Assembly (NCBI GenBank): GCA_973895155.1
Contig: OZ316896.1
Location: 18,650,754 to 18,714,753 of the forward strand
DNA length: 64,000 nt
Direction: 5' to 3'
Origin: Marsupella aquatica
Taxonomy: Eukaryota > Plantae > Marchantiophyta
The notes beneath the pieces were generated by a model, which worked only from the letters and a program-made list of their open reading frames with translations, had not been told where the DNA came from and did no database searches. This document shows, in pieces, positions 48,789 to 60,849 of the stretch. Each line of letters begins with the position of its first letter. Position 1 is the first letter of the stretch. Both the position numbers and the translations under genes were made by a program.

Positions 48789-49928
48789 ATGAGAAAGCCA
48801 CAAAAAATGTTGTTTTTCACAACTTCTCAAAAAACTCGAAACTCAACACCGCCGCGTAGCCCACAAAGCTAGGAGTCCAATACTGAAAACCGAAATCAAA
48901 ATCGAAATTTGACGGAAAAGTTATTCAAATTTCGGTCGAGGTGGGTAAAACCTTGGGAAACTCCCCCGTTTTGACCACCTCAGGGAATAACCGAAATACC
49001 AAGTACAACCCGTTGTCGGAATTGCGATGTGATTGGTGCGCTGCATTGCCAACTTCAATGGCTACGACCTCGCCGAAAAATAACCAAAAAAGTTACCGTT
49101 CGGCGGATGAAATCTTTGTCGGACGGTCAAAAAATAGCTCTCTGGTTTTTTGGAATATTCTATGACCCTTGTACAGGCCCTGTGGGAATTTTGGAAGAAC
49201 AATCGAGGGGCTGACATGTGTCCTCGAACCCCCAAAATCCCCTACCACCCTTCGTCGTCGAAATCTGGTCGCGCGCGCAGAAAATACACACGGCAGAATG
49301 TACCCCTCGACACCAAACGCAAGATATCTCACTCGGGTTTTGACTAAATCAAGATCCGATTTCAGATTTGGAAACTAGACTCCGAGGTGATGAAGATCGA
49401 TATAAGAAGCACCCAAAACGAGGAAAGAACGAGGGAGAAAAAAATTGGTAAAGATGACAGATTTCTCTCAATTGCCATAGCCAATTTCGAATCAGTTTTT
49501 CAAAGAGAAAAAAATGGTACCTTGTCAACAACAAATGTTGATCAATTGCACTTGGTGCCGTCACCAAGTCCAACAAGGTAATTGATTTTGCTTAGCCTTC
49601 CTCTTTGCATCAAAGAGCCAATCCCGGACTCAAAAACAATCGTCTTGCCTCAATCTCTCCGTTGAGTCAAAACACTTGACGCTTCTCCCTCTGAGTCGAT
49701 TGCCAACTTTCTTCACAAAATCCAGAACGACGAAAACTTAGATCTCTCTGCACCACGAGCTCCGTTCAACGATTTCTTCACACCGTTAGAAAGCTCTTGC
49801 CCTGATCTATCCGTTGAGCCCATAAACTCCAAGTTCCATGCGATGGAACTCTGGAAAATCCACCAACACTCAACGCTGGAAAAACCGTCATGAAATCCCG
49901 TCACGAACACACGTCACCTCCCAAGCAT

Positions 49929-49940
49929 GCTCTGATACCA
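49929..49940 (-). other. Primer binding site (tRNA-iMet)
   Basis: Minus strand TGGTATCAGAGC, 2 nt after the 5' LTR end. Confidence 0.95.
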
Positions 49941-49942
49941 AT

Positions 49943-50381
49943 TGTTGAGCATAGACGACGATCGCAACGGCAAGCCCATGAACCATCCAACGCACAATAG
50001 TCGACACAAGAGATACGTGGTTCACCTCCTTGAGGCTACGTCCACGGGAACACACAAGAGAGCTTTACTGAACTCTAAGCCCGTCGGCTATACCGAGTCT
50101 CCACAGTGTAAGCTCTCCCTATCTCTCAAGTGGCTCCATAACAATGAGCCTTGGTTCTACCTCTCCAAGCACACATGCCTCTTATGATATAGTGTGCAAC
50201 TTAGTTGTACCTAACCACATAGTTGTACCTAACCACATAGTTGTACCTAATCACGTAGTTGTACCTAACCACATAGTTGTACCTAATCACGTAGTTGTAC
50301 CTAACCACGTAGTTGTACCAACCCACGTTGTTGTACCAACCACGTCATACCTAACCTAGACGTAAGAGTAAATACCCAACA
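49943..50381 (-). repeat. 5' LTR of copia element
   Basis: 439 bp, TG...CA, adjacent to the PBS. Confidence 0.97.
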
Positions 50382-50542
50382 ATTATTACATGACTTTCCA
50401 GATGTGGATCCTTCACAAAAAAATTCCTTGTGCGAGGATGCCAATCCATCAAATTGAATGGCCCATTGAATGTTGTCTACTCCCACCATTCTTGTTCCTG
50501 ATGAAGCTCTATCAATGCATCTTCAATTTGTCGCTTTGATTT

Positions 50543-53500
50543 TAGCCACAAAACTTGACTACCCTGGCTAACACTTAGCTCCGGAGTCGCTGACTCCAAC
50601 GCCAAGCTCCTCTATGGTCCAGGCTTCTAAAACGGTCATCCGATGGGGACTAAGTATGAGGAGACTAGTGGGCAACAAAGTGTTGCACTAGCAAGGGCAA
50701 TGCGCTAAGCTAGTGACGCAAACTAAGGACTTAGACTAGTGTGGCAGCTGGTCGGGTCATGGGAAGGGTCGGGCTCAGGGTGGGCCGTCCGAACCCCAAG
50801 ACAGACTGCGAGTTTTGAGGGCTTGAGTGAGAGCTCCTCTCAAGCCCAAGGCTAAGGAATTTTACTTTGATGCGCAACGAACGTTTGACGCATGAGATAC
50901 AGCGCCGCGAAGGTGTGGCAGTTCGGGACACCCGATCGACGACGGGTTCTGAGGGCCTAGGCATGAGCATTGGGTTGGCTTGATTACACGGGCTATGGCA
51001 CTTCACTTAAGGATGTCTAGCTAGAAAATTATGGGCATACCAAGTTAGTTGTGTGTCCATGTGATTGGGTTAATGTCCAGGGTGAGAGCCAAATGTAGGG
51101 ACCAAAGTTGGTTCAGGGATGACACGTCTCTAGAAGCATATATGAGGAGAGTGGTGTCTCCCTGAGGGCCAAGGGCAAACCCAAGTCGTGAGCCGCGGCG
51201 GTCGCAATATTAAGGAGAAACGTCAAATAGAAATGGCGATAATTTCTCAACGGGAAATCCGTCGGAGGACTTCTTGGATGCATTGGAAATCTCTTGAGGA
51301 GGACTACATTCTACTGAGCTCAACTAGGTCTTGGGGATGCCTTTGGGTCTTGAGGTTTGCGGGGGCTATCTCGCCCACTTGCCAAATCTTGCCAAAATAA
51401 TAGCCAAGTCGCGTTAAGTTTCCCACAAAAGCTTGAGTTGGGAAGGCAATACAGAGTAGGCATGGGTGTTGAGGTCCAAGTGCATTTGGCTCCTAGACTC
51501 TCAGTTGGTGGAACCTTGGAGATGGTTGCTAGAGTCGGGGCCAAACTGGTCTTGGCATTTGGACAAGCTTAGGGAGCTAGCTATTTGGGTCATGAGCAGA
51601 TCCTCGGGGTAGGGCATCAGCAAGTGACAGATAGAAAGTGGGAATCACAAGAGGCACCCGGTAGAGTGGTTGTTCTAGACGAGCAGTGGGTGTTGGCTTT
51701 GGCTTTGGCTTTGCCTTATGGCAAGGCCACGCAGGACCGGGAGGTTTTATTTGCTGACCTACTTACCAATGTCTGTTTGAGCTTGAGTCAAGACACTAGT
51801 CTTGAAATTCCTAGATCCTGATGGGTTACTTACCTAGGTGTTTGGTTGATTGTGCAAATAGTGAGGACTGTTGAGTGACGCCCTTGTTAAGGAGCAAGTG
51901 CGGCTTTGTATGGGGGTGACCATTGGTGGTGCTAGAGGTACCAAGTTACTTGCTCAAGGAATTCCGTGTAGGCGTTCAGGCACCAAGGACACTTAAGCAA
52001 GAGTGTTGGGATTGGTGAGGGCGTTGGGTGGCTAGGTCCACCACTATTCGAGCCACTATTTGGCACGCCATTGCCCATACCATCCATCGATGACAAGCAA
52101 CTTCAATTCAATCAAATGCACTTTGCTCCTGTAAATAGTTTGATAGCTAATTGCTCATGAAGAGCATACATTTCGCGTCAAGCTTTCAAATTGTTTCTTG
52201 GGCACTTTGTGGGGTAAAGTTTCAACTGGTTCTTTGTGGAATTCACATCCCAACTCTCAATTTGAACTAGAACATTGAAGTGTTGGTTGGCAGTTTTAGT
52301 GGGTAACCGGTGGGGTATAATACCGGCATTGGGAACATGGTCGGTTGCATGCATCCAAAGGGACTTGCCACTTTAGGTGATAGCAAGGCACTTTGTCATG
52401 CACCGTTGGGAGTGCTCTAGTTGCGGAACTTGACTACCTTAACACTTAGCTTTGGCGTCATTGACTCCGACGCCGAGCTCCCCTATGGTCCAAGCCCAGA
52501 ATGGTCACTCGGGGAGGGCTTAGCATGGGGAGACTTGTGGGCAATGGGGCATGGCACTAGCAAAGGCAAGGCGCTGAGCTGGTGGCACACACTAAGGACT
52601 TAGACTAGCCAAAGGCTGGTCGGGTCAAGGGGAAAGGGCCGGGCTCAAGATCGACCGCCCGGACCCCCGGACAGACTTTGAGTTATGAGGGCTTGAGTGA
52701 GAGCTCCTCTTGGGCCCAAGGCCAATGGAGTCGACTCCATGGGCAACGGACGTTTGGGGCTCGAGTTATGGCCCGATCGGGGATCCTGGGCGACGATGGG
52801 ATCTAAGAGCCTAAGCATGAGCACTAGGTTGGCCCAATCACAACGGGCTAGGCACTCTGCTTGCGGACGCCTAACTAGAAAGTTATGGGCATTGCCAGTT
52901 GGTGGCGGGCCTAAACATGTGGGTTGGGGTCCAAGTGAGGGGCCAAAATTTGGGGACCAAAGTTGGTCCGAGGGTGGCAGGCCTCTAGAAGCATATATGA
53001 GGGGAGTGGTGTCTCCCTGGGGGCTAAGGGTGAGCTAAAGTCGTGGGCCGCGACGGTCATGACACTAAGGGAAAACGTCAAAGAAACGACAATAACTTGC
53101 CAACGGGAAGTCCGTTGGAGGACTTCTTGGGTGCGTTGGAAATCTCTCAATGAGGGCTATGTCCTCCTGAGCTCAGCTGGGTCTGGGGGCGCCATAGGTT
53201 CTTGGGGTTTGCAAGGGCTATCTCGACCGCTTGCCAATTTCTGTCGAAACAGCAGCCAAATCGCGTTCAATCTCTCAAGGGAGCTTGCGTTGAGGAGACC
53301 GGGCCAAGTAGGCATGGAGGATGAGTTCCAAGGCACTTGGCCCCTAGACCATCAGTGGGGCGAGGACCGGGAGTTGGTTGCTAGAGTCCTGGCTAGAGTC
53401 GAGCCCATTCTGGTCCCGGGTGTGTTGGGACAAGCTTGGGACAAGCTTTAGGACAAGTTACTATTTGGGCCATGAGCATGTCCTGGGGGCAAGGCGGTCA

Positions 53501-53918
53501 GTTGATGATGGATAGGTACGAGAGGGAACGCGGACCGCACCCAAGGAAGGAGCTATTCTAGACAAATAGTGGGTGTCAATTTTGGTTTCGACTTATGGCA
53601 TCGGGAGGACCTATCGCTGACCTATTTACCAATGTCTATTGAGTTTGAGTTAAGATGCTAGACTTGGGAGATCTAGATCCTAGAGGGGTTACTTACCGAA
53701 ACGCTTGGTTGCTTGTGCAGACAGTGAGGACCGTTGAGTAGCGGTCGAGTTTAGAGACAAACGCGGCTTTGTATGGGAGGGGCCACAGACGGTGCAAGGA
53801 ACACCAGGTTACTTGCTCAAGGTATTTTGTGGAGACGTTCGGGCACCAGAGGCACTTATGCATGGGTGTTGGGATTGGTGAGGGCACTAAGTGGCAAGGT
53901 TCATCACTGCTCTTAACA
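50543..53918 (+). mobile_element. Pair of diverged ~1.5-kb direct repeats (~50543-52055 and ~52418-53918); probable old LTRs of an internally deleted Ty3/gypsy-type element
   Basis: The copies are colinear along their length (e.g. AACTTGACTACC, CTAAGGACTTAGACTAG, TCTAGAAGCATATATGAGG, GTTACTTGCTCAAGG) and end in an aligned CA. The first copy is followed by TTTGGCACGCC (Arg-tRNA PBS-like). No TSD was found. Confidence 0.6.
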
Positions 53919-56026
53919 ATTTATTATTACCTAAGAATAAGTGTTAGTAATGCTAATTTTGGTGAAAGTGACCTTGAGTCGAAAGTAACATTAATTATTG
54001 TCAGTTTTCCAAAATATTTGTTTCACTTTTGTTTAAAAGTGCTAGTGAAAACTGGGTGACCTTGAGTCCAAGTAACACACTAATCATTGCTAGTTTTGGG
54101 AAACTGTTTTTTTCTACTATTTTCCCTTTCTTGAGTAACATTAATTTTATGCACCCCCAGTTAGTGTTATATTAGAATTAGTGTGAGTAAAACAAATTCA
54201 TGGGTACAGCCAAAAAACTGTCTGCGCTCTTAACTAGCGAGAAAAAACAGCTTTTTAAGGAACCACAACTAGCAAGTACAAACAGCTTTTCAAGGTTGAG
54301 AACCCAAGTTCCCACTCGGCATCCCCAAGGCTGGGATTACAAAGTCCGAGAGGTCCTGTTGAGCTCCATTTTCCGACAGCGATCCACAACTCAGGTAGGG
54401 CTTACAAGAACGAGTGGTCTTGTCACATGAGAGGTCACTTCAAGCTCCGTTTTTCGACAGCATTCTAGCAGAAAGGAATCAATGGCTAAGAAGAGACTGA
54501 AATCCTCAAACCAAACGAACAGAAAGAATTCTATCGCTAAAAGACTGAAATTGGTGTCACCAGATCAAGCAAGATCAAGCAGACATGATACGGCTTTTGG
54601 GTGAAGTCTTGGTGTCCAGAAAGGAGAAGTGAAATCCCAGTGTCCAAACAGGAGAAGTGAAATCTAGTGTCCAAAAAGGAGAAGAGTCAGTCAGTTCATT
54701 CTTGTAAAGCCAGCATCAGATGAGCCTGATGTGCGGTCTTGGAGCCAAAACATAGAATTTCAGTACAATTGAAGATGCGCGAATTAGAGCTATATTCATC
54801 CATCTAATTTGAACCGAATCTTGCTCCAGGAACACATTTCTCACGTAAACACCAAAAACAATTTCCCTGCCCCTGAGCTCCGCAAAATGTTCAGGTCGAA
54901 ACCATTCGTTTAGTGCCAGAGGAACAACTCCTCCCACTCCCGCTCCCCACAGGGGTCGGAGGATAACAGGTGTCCAATGCTCAAGAGCTTTATTCTGTCT
55001 GTCAAGGCACTTGCTTGATTGAGTAGAACATTTAACAATTGTTTTTCAGAAAGAAGGCCCACCATGATTTCCACACAGGTGGAGATCTTCCTAAAATGGA
55101 CTTGTCAAGCAGCAACAATTCTATCAATTGGACTTGCGCGCTGCAGGTATAAGAAGCCTTCCATGTGGCGGTGAGCCTACATACTTCAAACTGATGCATC
55201 AAGCATGATTGTTGTACTTGCCTTTTGAGACCTCTGCCTATATTCCATGTCTGATTTCTGTTCCGCTCAACTGATGGGATCTGCTGAGTGTACACATCGA
55301 CAAAGAAGCTTCGAGAGTGGTCTGGCTGAAGTGCTTGTCGTGATGGTATGGAGTCACCAAGATTTCGAAGCCGTATGGAACCCCAACAAGTAGAACCACG
55401 TCTGAAGGATGCAGAAACAGCTGGAGTCTCAGGAAAGGACAGTAACTTCAACGCCCAAGACCTCATCAACATGAGGAACGGTTTACCACACTTCTTGTGT
55501 TGCTCCTTCCATGATCATTGAAGCAGGGCTGATATACCTCCCATAAAGATGTATCTAATCCTGATCGGAAACGACCTCCTCAGATCAGAAAAATAACCGC
55601 GCTGCATCACAGTTGGTGCTCCCAACCCGAGGTGATAACCTACCAGACACTGTACTTGACAGCAGAGCGTACCACAGTGGAACTGTTTCCTGAATCTTTC
55701 CACCCTCGGGTATGCGTGAGGGTCATCAGAGAGACAAATAAATGCATCCCTCTCCTTAAGTACTCGTGGCAGTGTAGTGAGCCCAAAGACTGGCAATGGA
55801 AGATGTTTTTGAGTGGCACGGAAATCCTAACTTCGGGCGAAGGCCACTTCCAAATACTCGTTCCAAAGAGCATGGATGAGAACCTTGACTTTGACAAAGT
55901 CTACAACATATACACTGTTGAGCAGCTGAGCTTCTGCTCTTCTAAAAATCAATGATGAGGATTATATACACATGTCAGAAAAAATTATGGGACATAGATG
56001 GGCGACCCAGTTGCTACACCATGATC

Positions 56027-59000
56027 TTAAAAGGGTCTCACCATCTCCATTAGCTCAGTTGTCCCACCGTTAAGGTGATCGAGTCCACCAACGTTGCCAT
56101 TACTAGTGGAGCTGGTGCCGTTACTTCTAGGAGAACTCTTGTTCAAACCCCATATTCGAATGGTATGATCATCACTAGCTGATGCAAACATGTAAGGATT
56201 CACAGGATTCCAGCTTACACAATTCACTGTCCCTGAATGACCAGGCAAAACTTCTAGGAGCTCACCGTTACCTCTATGCCACAGATAAACCTGCAATATA
56301 CCACATATCACACTTAGATCAGTAATGTCAACATGATTCAACACCAACTTCTTAGAGGAGGACTTGTCAGTGTGGTATTAAGAACAGAGCGCAAGGATTG
56401 AACTGTCATGCCGTCACATGTGTTCTCAGTGCAAGGGCTCAACTTGCTTCCTCCACCACCAGCTAAGAGAAAGGAATACACGGATATAACTAGTTTGAAG
56501 TAACTAGGGGAATTACATACATGTCAAGCACATTAACCAATATGACTACTTGTAAGACCCTAAACTTCATAGCTAACAATTGCACCACTGCCAGAAAAAG
56601 AAGTATTTGTCCAGAATACAACATTAAGAAAATAAGCAAGAACGAGAGACTAGAGGAACAAACCTGGGAATCTTCACTCCCACTGAGAATGAAAGCTTGA
56701 TCGGAGCCACCAAAGCATGAACGGATAACATAGCGCCCTTGTCGATGTCCCTTATACTTAAACGGTTTACTAGAGTTGTCGTCCTCAGTAATATCCCATA
56801 AGTGAATTTCTTGACTTACAAGGTTCACAAGAAGATACCTACCATCCCTTGACACTGACAGAGAAGTAATGCACTTCTCTTCTTCTATAACTCTATCTAC
56901 CTTCAGCTCCAGGTTATAAATTCTGATGTCCTTATCTCCACAAATACTAACAAGGTGGCTGCCATCCCTTGTGATGGCAATGTCGCTAATGCGTGGCGTC
57001 CTTGATCCTTTCCATGCATCCAGTTCCTTGCCTTCCAGGTCCCAAATATAGATGCACTTGTCACTTCCTCCAGATACAAACCGCCTGCCATCAGGGAACC
57101 AGGCACATGCACTGAAGAAGCTGTTCCTCTTGTCAAAAGTGTGCTTGCACTCACCCGTTTGCAGATCCCAGAGCTTCACTACTTCCTCGTTTCCACGAGT
57201 GAGAAGTTTGGTGTCATCTGGGCTCCATGCCACAAATGAAACTGGCTTCAGGTGTCCTTTGAGAATGTATTTCAACTTAATAAAGTCATCTCGCACGACC
57301 TGCTCAGAATTCAGATTCCTTTCATTCTCTTTAGTTTCTGTATTACGAAATCGAGGCTAAATTGATGATGGAATGACGCGAACTCCAAAAGCATTCACGC
57401 GCTCTAACATCAATCATGTAACTTCAAGCACATGAAAGGATGAGTACCATAACCTGCAACTCGAAAAACAACTCTTCTATAGCAAAGCATCAAAACGAAC
57501 AGTAGAGTTCATGCATGTACCTCCCAAATAATCGCTGTACAGTCTTTGGAGGCAGATGCAAGATACTTCCCATCGTGAGAAAACTGAAGGAACCATACTT
57601 CATTATCATGTTCCTCAAGTACCTGCATGTGTTCCAGAGTCCAACAATCGGAAGAAAGCGGGAACATATTAGAAAGTAGGTTATACGCAGCATCATTTCA
57701 TTACTTTCCGTTCGGTAGACTTCCTTTAAACGAGGACATCTAAACATAACATATAGAGCACAACGAACGTAGAGGCGGGTATGAGAATAAGACACGATCA
57801 CAAACTCAGATCATTGCTGACCTTAACTCACATAACATTCACTTAAAACAAAACACTGATCTTCATAAGTGGATCCGTGTAATATCAGGAAAGAAGTCGA
57901 ATCAGAACACGCGCTTGTAAAGAACCTACACTGGATAAGCTAAGTAGAACAATCTGGTATAGACTAAAAGGGACCGAATTCTGCCCTGCTGGAAAATCGA
58001 GAGATTTGATCCTGATTAAATACACCTAAAACAACAGAGGATGCAGACGTCAACATGCACAGATAATTGGCATACTTGCACATATAGCAAGGGTCCAAGC
58101 AATACCTTCTGCAAGATGAAGTAGACAGTACCCAAAGAGCAACTTGCTTTGCTTATATCTTCACTATATCACTTCACTACAAGTGTATGCTGACCATCAA
58201 AATTTGCAGTTCAACAGCGTTTGAAATGAGCCCCAAAAGTCCCGTGTGTACAGTGCCCAATTATCGCAATCCCTGCAACCGTAGTCAGTGTGCGTGCCAT
58301 GTGACGATACTAATAGATGTCCTTTTATCATCTGCGGGTAATCTCCCAACTTACACGACCACAGATACAAAAGATCTGTGATTGGAAAGACTACCTATCA
58401 GTAACATATGTGATATTACTGCGCATTATGAAACTCGCTACACCTTTTGTCTGTGTACACTTGATATTTACGTCCCCGGAGAAAAACTTGAACTTATCTC
58501 TATATTATGTCTAACGTATTACAAAATCGGTCCTGTCCAAGCATAATTTCCTAACTAGTCCGAGACCTAATTGGCTGCAAAGTCTGGCACAAATCGATGA
58601 TGACACTTACTTCAATTGAGCTACAAGGGTTCGCAGTCAGATCCCTTTCCAAAACGCAGATGTCGGGTATCCAAAAACAAAATACAGAATTGAGAAGACG
58701 ATTTGCATAGCGACCAAGCTACTCTCACTGGGTTCCACATGAGCCACCAGCTAGACCGGTTTGTCCTGGGAAAGCGCTAACTGAATAGCGCAGCTCCTTC
58801 AAAGAAACAGAGAACAGCATAATTGAGCAGAGATCAGCCATTAAGTGATATATAGCGCTATCTGACCCGACTTCTTATCCGACTCTTAAGTCTCCTATGA
58901 CGGACGTCAACTGCAAATTCCGCTGAGGAATTTCTCAGAGGTACTATGTGTCTGACCGGGTTTGTTCAGATTGGCAAGCTACGGTAGGGTAACATGGACA

Positions 59001-60155
59001 TGAAGAGCAAACAGCAAGCATCTGAGTAGTGAAGATTTTTCATAAACTCTTCTGTCAAGAAGCGTGTAAGATCCTGTCATAGAGACCAAGAAAAAAAGGA
59101 CAATCCCAGATGCATTAAATTGACTATGGACTAAATTGTCGGAGCAATACCTCAACCTCTTCAAATCGCCGTCATCTGCACAGCGGTGACCAAAGAAGCA
59201 ACAAGCGAGAAGCGCGAGTGTCCGAGAGGTAGAAAAGAAGGACATACCTGCAAGGTCTTTGTTGGAATCTGATCCCGGCCACAACGATGATCAGTGCACA
59301 GACACAGAGCATTGTCGAGGGAATTGTGGAAGACGCACGGCTCCCTCTGCACAGTCTGGTCTACCAGATGCTCCAGTCTCTTCTCAGGAATCATGACTGA
59401 AGGTGGCAGAAGCACTTGGAGTTCTTCTAAAAGCTTCAGCCGGGAGTCCAGACCAGCCCCTTTCCAGTCGGACTTGTCAAGCAGCTCCTCCCTGGAAGGA
59501 CATATCACCCAAGTCGCAAGCTCATGGACTCTCTGCGTGTTGATCTGTAGTGGAGATATCTCCGTTCGCAAGGTCTTCAGTGCTCCCACAGTGTCAGTCG
59601 CATCCAGCCATTCCAAGAATTTCTGCTGCAATTCCAGAAATGAGGCTGACTTAATAGTGTCGGGGTCCAGCGGCCCCACCTTCTTCAGAGTGGCGACACT
59701 CTCGTCCCACTTACCGCTCAGGATTTCATTGCGAAACTCTGTTAACAACAGGAGATTGAAGAGCAGCTCCGGACTCTTCTTCCAGGACGCTAGCAGCCTT
59801 CCTTCTTATATCCAAGCGAGACCAGAGCCTGCGTTATAATTCTGACGAACTCCTGTGTAATCTGCCCTTTGCTACCGAGTGTCTGTCCACCGGCCGGCCG
59901 ACGACGGCAAATCCCTGGCCATTGGGGCCAACGCCGACGGACGAACGGGAGAAGCTTCTCCTGCCCCGAACTTCGGAGAGGCCCACGCGCGTGACCGTGC
60001 TGCCGGCTCGCGGCCCTCCCTGCCGACCGCGGGCTGTAGCCCCCGGTCAGCCGGCCTCGACCCCCGTTTTCACCGTCCGGCCGGCTGCAGAAGTACAGCC
60101 TGCGTACGTACCAGGCCGCGTTTGGCCTTGTACTCCCCCGCTCGCCCGACTCCAT
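56027..60155 (-). pseudogene. WDR26: WD repeat-containing protein 26 homolog (LisH-CTLH-WD40; GID7/WDR26), first exon frameshifted
   Basis: Exons ~60155-59248, 57622-57521, 57299-56664 and 56290-56027. Motifs: [104 protein letters not shown]. Three frameshifts lie at ~59890, ~59800 and ~59742; these may be real or sequence errors. Confidence 0.8.
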
Positions 60156-60195
60156 ACCCCCGCGGTACGCCCTCCTGCATACGGCCCCGGCCTTA

Positions 60196-60691
60196 TAGGG
60201 CGTCTCAACCCTGCGCGTTTTAGGACTCCTTCAGGTCACCCGGATGTCTCTGGTCGCCGCCCGATATTGAACACCGGTACCCAAAATCGGGTCCCAAAAA
60301 ACCGGGGGTCTGAACTTTATCTCGCACCTAAAAGGAGTCCCGGCACTGGTTAGACCTGGGTTTTTCCAAAGCAAAATTAGGGCGTCTCAACCCTGCGCGT
60401 TCTAGGACTCCTTCCGGTCACCCAGGATGTCTCTGTCGCCGCCCGATATTGAACACCGGTACCCAAAATCGGGTCCCAAAAAACTGGGGGTCTGAACTTT
60501 ACCTCGCACCTAAAAGGAGTCCCGGCACGGGTTAGACCTGGGTTTTTCCAAAGCAAATTGTAACCAAAAAAACCCGGTAAAAACTTTTCGGTCACCAAAT
60601 CGGTGGGCTGACCACCTGATCCGGGCGGCCCGCGACTGTGAAATCCCGGGTGCCATTTGGAATTCCAAATGCTTAAGTTTGAGACGCCCTA
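60196..60691. mobile_element. hAT-like MITE (60378-60691) with a duplicated left 182 bp (60196-60377)
   Basis: TIR TAGGGCGTCTCAA at 60196 and 60378, inverted TTGAGACGCCCTA at 60679-60691. The interior is rich in CCGG/ACCCGG motifs. The same TIR sequence occurs at 12873. No TSD was found. Confidence 0.7.
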
Positions 60692-60849
60692 TTTTATACA
60701 CCCAGTTTTTGTCAAAGGGGCTTAACACCCCCTTTAAGGACTGGATTTTTTGGTTTTTCCCCGGCTCTTTTGGTTGTCCCCGGCCAGGTGACCCTAGGTT
60801 TTAACTGCTTGGACAGGTGGAGTGACCCCTGTGAGACCTGTTGTACTGT

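Larger units (their letters stand above)
43851..50381 (-). mobile_element. Full-length, very recent Ty1/copia LTR retrotransposon (Tnt1/Tork-like gag)
   Basis: Two 439-bp TG...CA LTRs. 5-bp TSD ATTAT at 43846-43850 and 50382-50386. PBS and PPT are present. Domain order is gag-PR-INT-RT-RH. Confidence 0.98.
42600..50540 (-). pseudogene. Decayed PIF/Harbinger transposase, split by a MITE and a copia element
   Basis: Fragments DDYF.MNPVYTDAHFRQRYRMRRHLF..HDEYFVQKRDAAGLLG.SSIQKIT and VERAFGILQARFAIV match plant Harbinger DDE transposases. Removing the two inserts rejoins EGSTSGKSCNNDGDSAAGHRQI*DDYF. Many stops and frameshifts are present. Confidence 0.85.

Noticed and set aside
309-54690. Many short local tandem duplications (~309-460, 1190-1320, 13690-13850, 21250-21520, 27948-28125, 32978-33065, 41960-42080, 54612-54685)
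   Set aside because: Ordinary 2-3 copy duplications in intergenic, intronic or TE-derived DNA, with no shared motif.
54700-55950. ORFs downstream of WDR26 with weak LINE-like words (SPPVWKSWW, SAVKYSV)
   Set aside because: No unambiguous domain motif; cannot be supported without an HMM search.
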